From Calditrichia bacterium (lineage in GTDB: Bacteria; Calditrichota; Calditrichia; JAJRVZ01): 64,000 nt of DNA. Shown piece after piece: positions 57,703-64,000 of this stretch. The number at the start of each line of letters is the position of its first letter. Position 1 is the stretch's first letter. The notes under the pieces were generated by a model. It saw nothing but the letters and a program-made list of their open reading frames with translations, ran no database searches and had not been told where the DNA came from. Made by a program: the position numbers and the translations under genes. The stretch is taken from positions 928,001 through 992,000 of the forward strand of contig CAWCNS010000005.1 in the NCBI GenBank assembly GCA_963796965.1, in the 5' to 3' direction.

Positions 57703-58749
57703 ATGCTTTCAATTCTTTCATTTTTGTTAAGTGTTATCTTCAATCTGCTAAAAACAAAAAAAAGTTTACTGCTACAAATTTGTTTGTACAAGAAGGTAGT
57801 CTGAAATATTAAAAAGGCAAAACCAGAAGAAACGATTATATATTAAGTATTCTGACCGAGTCATCTTTTCAGTTCTGAATAAAATAGATGATATTAGAAA
57901 TATTCTAAGTATTGTAAAACCCGAGACTATTCTTCTGTGGCAGAAAAAAATAATTAAAAGATTCTGGACATTCAAAGTAAAAAACCGGGCGGGAAGGCCG
58001 CCCGTAAAAGAAGAGATCAATCAAACAGTGCTGAACATGAAAAATGATAACTTAAACTGGGGCTATAAAAAAATTCAGGGCGAATTAATAAAAATAGGGA
58101 TTAATCTCGATCAGAAGACCATTCGGAATATACTAAATGACTTTCGCCGAAAAGGAAAAGTCAAATAATCTTTAATCTGGAAGAAGTTTTTAAAATTGCA
58201 GATTCATTCAATTTATTTGCCATGGATTTTTTTATCATAGACACCATTCTAAACCAGAGACTATACGTCTTATTTATCCTCAGTCATAAAAGCAGAGAAA
58301 TTCTGCAATATGCCATCACAACCAATCCGACAAGAGAATTTGTAAGACAACAGCTGATTGAATTTGAGCAAAAGGTTAATCAAGTTGTTTACATGATTCA
58401 CGATCATGCTGCCCAATTCAATATTAATTATATTGATTACGGGATAAAAAGCATAACAACCTATGTTGAAGCACCCAATATGAATGCCATTGTTGAACGA
58501 TTCGTAGGCTCAGAAGACGGTAGGTTTTAGATTTCTATAATTAATAATATGAGAAAAATTTCAGAGATATTAGATGATTATATCAACTATTATAATTCTA
58601 AAAGACCAGACCAGGGAATAGATCAAATAATTCCAAAGAAATATAAACCTCATCTCAATGGAAAAGTGCAGAAACTCCCTATTCTTGGCGGTTTACATCA
58701 TCACTATTTTAGGAGTGCGGCATGATGTATGTAATTTATCCCCCCCACG
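57703..58749 (+). mobile_element. Degraded IS (IS3/IS481-like rve integrase-core transposase pseudogene) with right end
   Basis: VKPETIL.W, GRPP, WGYKKIQGEL, MDFF, IHD, APNMNAIVERFVGS, YYNSKRP.QGI, ILGGLHHHY; internal stop and frameshifts. Confidence 0.88.
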
Positions 58750-59687
58750 TGGTGGACGGTTCCAGAGTGAGTGTGTTCGTTCTTTAATTTTATTGTGGGT
58801 TTTTGATGTTTCCAGCGGCGGTGGGACCATAACCATATTTGCGGTTGTTCCTGTATATCTTGCTCAAGCCTTCTGGTATGGGCTTCAGATATTTGCCCTG
58901 TCTTCGTCAATTTTGGATCGTGAATGAGCTCCTCCATATAGAATCTGTAAAAGCCTCTTTTTGGTCTTTTAATGCCAAGATATACAACGGGAAAGTCTAG
59001 CCGCTTGGCCAATATTTCCGTTCCACGATAGACAGGCGTATCCTGATTTAAAAAAGTGGTCCAATACGCATTATCCGGCTGAGGAGTCTGGTCGGCAAGA
59101 AAGACGGCTGCATTACCTCTATTTTCCAACCTTTTCATCTGCTTGTATGTATCATCAAGGGGAATCAGTTTTGTACCCCATTTTGATCGTAACTGGATAA
59201 TTAATCGATCAAAATACTTATTCGAGAAGGGTCTGTAGATAGCGTAAAGTTGGTTGGAACAATGTAGATTGAAGGCATGATTTGCCAGCTCCCAATTGCC
59301 CAAATGTCCCATTACAATAATAAAATTTTTTTTAGAATCATACAGGTCGTTCATCAGTTTTATTGCGTCGGGTTCCATGGAACATCTTCTGACAACCTCC
59401 TCTTTTGACAGGGAGAGTAGTTTTACTATTTCAATAATTAAATCACAAAAATACTTATAGAATTCCTTACAGATGTGATGATTTTCTTCTTCAGATTTAT
59501 CCGGGAATGAATTTGTCAGATTTTGAAGAACAACTGACCTGCGATACTTCAAAACATGGTATACCATCAAATACAAGAAATCCGATACTCTATAAAGAAT
59601 AGAGAATGGTAAAAGGCTAATCACATAAAACACAAAATAAATACCGTAATAAATAAAATGTTTCATTCTTCTAACCTGAATTAGCAT
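58704..59687 (-). CDS. lpxL: Lipid A biosynthesis lauroyl/lysophospholipid acyltransferase (LpxL/HtrB family)
   Basis: YRRSVVLQNL, GHLGNWE, FLADQ, FLNQDT, WLWSHRRWK. Confidence 0.85.
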   Translation of the reverse strand: MLIQVRRMKHFIYYGIYFVFYVISLLPFSILYRVSDFLYLMVYHVLKYRRSVVLQNLTNSFPDKSEEENHHICKEFYKYFCDLIIEIVKLLSLSKEEVVRRCSMEPDAIKLMNDLYDSKKNFIIVMGHLGNWELANHAFNLHCSNQLYAIYRPFSNKYFDRLIIQLRSKWGTKLIPLDDTYKQMKRLENRGNAAVFLADQTPQPDNAYWTTFLNQDTPVYRGTEILAKRLDFPVVYLGIKRPKRGFYRFYMEELIHDPKLTKTGQISEAHTRRLEQDIQEQPQIWLWSHRRWKHQKPTIKLKNEHTHSGTVHHVGGINYIHHAALLK

Positions 59688-59776
59688 TTACCGCAAAGAC
59701 GCAAAGCTTTAATTTTTTTCTAAATACCTTTGCGGCTTAGCGCCTTTGCGTGAAATATTTTTTTACAGCCGCTCAA

Positions 59777-61256
59777 CTACTTTTTTCCGGAGATATATAG
59801 TTCCTTCCGGGCAATTTTGATGAGTTGCCCCGCTTCCAGTTTTGCATCTTCCGGAATATTATTGACCATCGCCGTATAGGCGGGTGACCAGACATTGTCT
59901 GTTCGTTGAGTGAGTTCGGCAAGCGTCTCATCAGCTTCTGCAACAGCGATACGTAGGCGAATACCGGTAATAGAAGAGCGTTCTTGTTCTGTTAATGGCC
60001 GGAGACTTAATACTGTCTTTTTCAGCTCTTCCTTATAACGATCCGGCCCGGCACCGATCAGCTGATAGGTCAGATCTCCAATCGTCACCCACAAATATTT
60101 GATGTGCGCGCTCTGGCCGGCAGAAGCATCATCAATGGTTACCAAATAACCCGGCCAGTCATGAACCTTTACTGCTTCAGCTGATTCCGGTCGGGTGTTA
60201 TGTTTCTTCATAAGATTATCAACAAAAGCTTTACCCAGTTTTTCAGGATCTGTTTTATTCCCAATATCATTGATAAAAATCATCGCTTCTTTGTTTTCTT
60301 TAAAGGCACCGACCAAACTTGGTGTATTTGTTGTTTTCCAGCCTTTGGGAAAGGTGATAGTAAAATTCAGATCGGGATGAAGGAACTTTTGATCGTGAAA
60401 AACGCCCTGTGCCGGGTTATGTGTATAGTAAAGACCATCCAGGTTATGCAGAAGATCAGCTCTGTTCTTGGCAAGATCAGGTTTTTTCTGCCATGTAATT
60501 TTTTTTGCTTGATACTGAATATCATCTATCCGTTGCGGTGTCATCGGATGGCTATCAAAAAAACTAAACTCACGCTTTCTTTCAGTCAGCATTTCCACAT
60601 CTTTTTCCAGCTGCTGTAGGCTTGATGCCAGTAAAAGTGGGTCGTAACCAGATTTCGCGGATAATCTCATACCTAATCGATCCGCTTCACTCTCCTGTTT
60701 ACGGCTATAGCTGGCCAGAGAAACCTGACCGATCATATCAATTGGGGTATTAATCAAATTACCCAGATCCTCGTTGACAACCGTACCAACGATGGCGCCA
60801 GGAAGTGACAACAGACCGGGTATAATACTACGTTCCTGTTGACTGGCAGAATGTCGTTCGGTAACATGGCTGATCTCATGTCCCATCACACCGGCCAATT
60901 CACCTTCTTCATTGGCCAGAATCAACAATCCCCGTGAGATATAGACATACCCACCGGGTACGGCAAAGGCATTGGGTTCCCACTGATCGGCAATTTGAAA
61001 TTGAAAATCAAACTCACTTTTTCCCAAATTGGCTACCAAGACGCTCGCCAATCGCCCTCACATAATCCGTCGTAACCGCTGCCTGGTATATACCAATTTG
61101 TTCTTCAACCTGTTTTGCCACTTTTGCACCGGTTTCTTTATCCGATTTCGCCGAGCTAAAAATCTGCGCATGCAAATTAAACGTAGATGATATAACGACT
61201 AAAAATATGGTAAAAACACATACAAATGATCGGTTTAAAAAAGCAAACGACTTCAT
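59777..61256 (-). CDS. M48-family metalloprotease with LysM-like C-terminus (frameshift ~61050)
   Basis: PNAFAVPGG, LAGVMGHEISH, YSRKQESEAD, SHP. Confidence 0.88.
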
Positions 61257-61346
61257 AAGTCTCTCCCAATGTTTATATTATCACTACTAGGTATCAACTA
61301 ATAATTCCCAATTACTAATTACTAATTACAAGTTACCAATTACTAT

Positions 61347-61565
61347 TTACGAACTCTCACCTTTCACATACACTTCCCAGGCTGATTTTACGGCAATGGT
61401 CATAGGAATTGCCAGAATTGTTCCAATAAGACCGAGAATAAATGCCCATAAGACAGGATAATCAACACCGAGGATCAGAAGTAATATGAGGTTGCCGGCT
61501 GCTGTGAGTAATCCCGTTGAAGCAGCAATCGATACATATTTACGAATGGCTGTAGCCAGCTCGGC
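61347..61565 (-). pseudogene. Internally deleted AI-2E transporter remnant
   Basis: LATAIRKYVSIAASTGLLTAAGNLILLLILGVDYPVLW|AFILGLIGTILAIPMTIAVK. Confidence 0.7.
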
Positions 61566-62098
61566 TAGGATTTAGGAGGAAATCCGTCAATCAGTTTATC
61601 AAGTGCTTTGCGGATATTTTTCTCCATCGTTTCTTCAGTCGGTTCATCCTCGGTTTCCTTGGTTGCCAACCCCCGCCAGATCAGATCAAACGTCTGGGCG
61701 TCGATGATATCCATATACACTGCTCCTTCCGGGTGGACTTCTATCTCAACCTTCAGTTTACCTTTACCATAATTTTCGCCGCCTTTATCGGTTGTAGTTA
61801 CCTGCTCCTTAAGCCCCAAATAGACCACAATCAGAAATTGTGGAACACCCCGCTCCAAAACAAAACCCTTTTTCTGAAGTCCTGCATTGACATGAGCGAT
61901 TATTTCATCTCCGGGTAATTGGAGATACATTAAACCATCTTCTATATCAAGCAAAACATTATTGGTCAGCCAGGAGTAGGTTTTATATCTTGCAAAGTCC
62001 CTGCCCTGATCATAATCGTAGGTAACATCAATAGATGAACAACCGATAAATAAACTCATGATACATGCAAATACAATAGTCCCTTTTTTTAATAACAT
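61565..62098 (-). CDS. DUF4136-domain lipoprotein
   Basis: IGC lipobox, DYDQ..DFARYKTYSW, EGAVYMDIIDA...LIWRG.A, FPP. Confidence 0.85.
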   Translation of the reverse strand: MLLKKGTIVFACIMSLFIGCSSIDVTYDYDQGRDFARYKTYSWLTNNVLLDIEDGLMYLQLPGDEIIAHVNAGLQKKGFVLERGVPQFLIVVYLGLKEQVTTTDKGGENYGKGKLKVEIEVHPEGAVYMDIIDAQTFDLIWRGLATKETEDEPTEETMEKNIRKALDKLIDGFPPKS

Positions 62099-62348
62099 AG
62101 ATCCCTCCCTTTCTGATTTTTAATATGTGCGTTCCACCGCAGGAGCGATGGAACGAGGTAACTATCTGGTTACGACGCTCCTGCCTCGCAACCAATAATC
62201 AGCCTATTTTAATTTTTTATATTTTACCTGAAGAACAGAATCCATAACAGACCCGATGGTTGTAAATTTCCAGCCAAAAAGTTGTAAAAAAGTTGTAGAT
62301 GAACCGGTTCGTATTCAGGGTTCAAGCTTGCATCATCCTCGTTATCTG

Positions 62349-63402
62349 CTATTTTTCCTGTAAAGCAACCATTGCATCATCCTGTGTACCGAGCATGATT
62401 GCAATCCATTTTGTTTGCGGATTATTTTCCAGAATAATTTTTATGGTCATCATCAGTGGTACAGAAAGAAACATGCCCACTGTGCTCAGGACAAATCCCC
62501 AAAAAATGAGCGATAGGAAAATTATAAAAGTGGAAAGTCCCAGACCTTTGCCCATCAATTTTGGTTCAAGGACATTACCAACCCCCATATTAATAGCAAC
62601 AAAAATGACTATTGTCCATAATGCGCCGCCAAAGCCCAACTGTACTAAGGCGAATGCGACAGCAGGAATGGCGGCTATGATTGATCCGATATTTGGTATA
62701 TAATTTAGCAGGAATGCAACCAATCCCCATAAAATGGGATAGTCCACACCGACAATGGCCAGACAGACGGCAATCAGAACACCGGTTATCAAACTGGTAA
62801 GGGTTTTTATGGATAAATAATGACGTATGCTATCGCCAATTTTTTCGAGGTAGACTTAACGAGACGCTGGTACTTTTTGAGATTACCTTCAGTTTTATTG
62901 GTATAGATTCAATTTCAGTTAATAGAAAAATAGTCAGGAAAAGAAAAGTTATTTCGCGGCTCATTATCTCACTTAGTTGCCCAAAAACCTGTGCCGTGTA
63001 TTGCATAATTTTTGCCGGATCCATGACGGACGCACCACCAAGAAGGGAAATATTTATTCCCCTTTCATTAAAAAACTGGCGAGCTGAACTTGTCAATTCC
63101 TTCAGATTTTGCTCGTACTTTGGTGCATCTTGCATAAATAGCGATATTGATTTACTGACCAATTCGAAGAATCCAACATAAACGGCGAAAATCCCAATGA
63201 TGACAATTAGAACTGCCAGACCACTGGGTATTTTCTTCTTTTTTAACCATTGGATAGGTTGGGCACAGATGATGCTCATGAAGAAAGCCATTAATAATGG
63301 ATTAATAATACTTTCCGCATACATCATTCCAGTAATAATAATAATAAATGCGGCAATCACCAGGGATGTTTGTTTCCTGTTTTCTGCGTTTGTAATATCC
63401 AT
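62349..63402 (-). CDS. AI-2E family transporter (frameshift ~62850)
   Basis: Multiple TM helices; GVDYPILWGLVAFLLNYIPNIGS, EPKLMG, SLIFWGFVL. Confidence 0.88.
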
Positions 63403-63740
63403 TTTATCTCTCCCTTATTAAATTTCCGGATGGTCAATGTGATTCACAGAATTGAGCAATTATGTAAATTTTGTACTACTACTTAAATATATATGGTGTA
63501 GAAATATTGCGATAGCCCCAAAAGTAGTATTAAATCCATATTAAAGTTGTAATAAAGTTGTAGATGGGCCGTTCAGGGTTCAAAGTTCAGGGTTCTCCCG
63601 ATAAAGACGATCTTGTCCTAAGATCTAATCGGGATGAAATCCTCCAAGATTTCAAAGGTTCAAGGTTGGAGTGGTGGAGTGATGCGAAAACATGTAATTA
63701 GTAATTAGGAATTCGGGATTGGGAATTTGCTAAATCCTGG

Positions 63741-63938
63741 CCAAATCATGGATGATTTGGTCCCGATTTGTTATCCGGAGGATAACGTTTCTTTCGGGAA
63801 TGATTTGGTCCCGATTTGTTATCCGGAGGATAACGTTTTTCGGGAATGATTTGGTCCCGATTTGTTATCCGGAGGATAACGTTTCTTCGGGAATGATTTG
63901 GTCCCGATTTGTTATCCGGAGGATAACGTTTTCGGGAA
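63741..63938. repeat. Four tandem 46-48-bp palindromic units
   Basis: atgatttggtcccgatttgttatccggaggataacgttt(c/t)ntcggga at 63752, 63800, 63846 and 63893. Confidence 0.92.
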
Positions 63939-64000
63939 AGATTTTTTCCCAATCAGATATTAGGATATAATCGTTTTTATTGGGAGAATCCTAAACACCA

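Noticed and set aside
8300..62860. Programmed ribosomal frameshifting or phase variation at the split genes
   Set aside because: Too many unrelated genes are affected and there is no consistent slippery motif; sequencing error is more parsimonious
63741..63938. CRISPR array
   Set aside because: Units are identical end to end with no unique spacers, and no cas genes are in the window
1..64000. tRNA, rRNA, reverse transcriptase/DGR or prophage genes
   Set aside because: No recognisable signatures found

Overview
Bacterial genomic window, AT-rich by eye. It is most consistent with an FCB-superphylum organism of the Calditrichota/KSB1/Ignavibacteria type: secreted proteins carry the 'NYPNPFNPTT' Por/T9SS-type C-terminal domain, and strong GGAGG Shine-Dalgarno sites occur. 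Many genes are split by single-base indels, often in homopolymers, which suggests unpolished long-read assembly; split ORFs are merged below. (1) 1-13.7 kb and 34.8-49.3 kb: glycan-degradation and uptake genes (sialate O-acetylesterase, polysaccharide deacetylase, esterase, two TonB-dependent receptors, sulfatase, GH78 rhamnosidase, FG-GAP protein, beta-helix proteins). (2) 13.7-24 kb: a 23-bp higher-order palindromic array, a small TIMP/OB-like secreted protein, a ~1,900-aa secreted metzincin/VWA protein with perfect GLAWQG repeats, and a propeller-PP2C sensor. (3) 24-34.6 kb: heparinase II/III, galK, an SSS symporter, an ASKHA corrinoid activator, CobW and an MtaA-thioredoxin fusion, together a candidate methyl-sugar O-demethylation locus. 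(4) ~49.7-58.7 kb: an AT-richer accessory island with DUF2294/MpsC, a candidate 1:2/2:3/3:4 attenuator RNA, a second MpsC-like gene, two DksA/TraR paralogs, a microprotein, a KamA radical SAM enzyme, an APC-EIIA-RCK permease, HicAB and tandem remnants of an rve-type IS. (5) 58.7-64 kb: LpxL, an M48 peptidase, DUF4136, AI-2E and a 47-bp palindromic tandem repeat. No tRNA, rRNA or CRISPR array was recognised. All family assignments come from motif recognition, not database searches.
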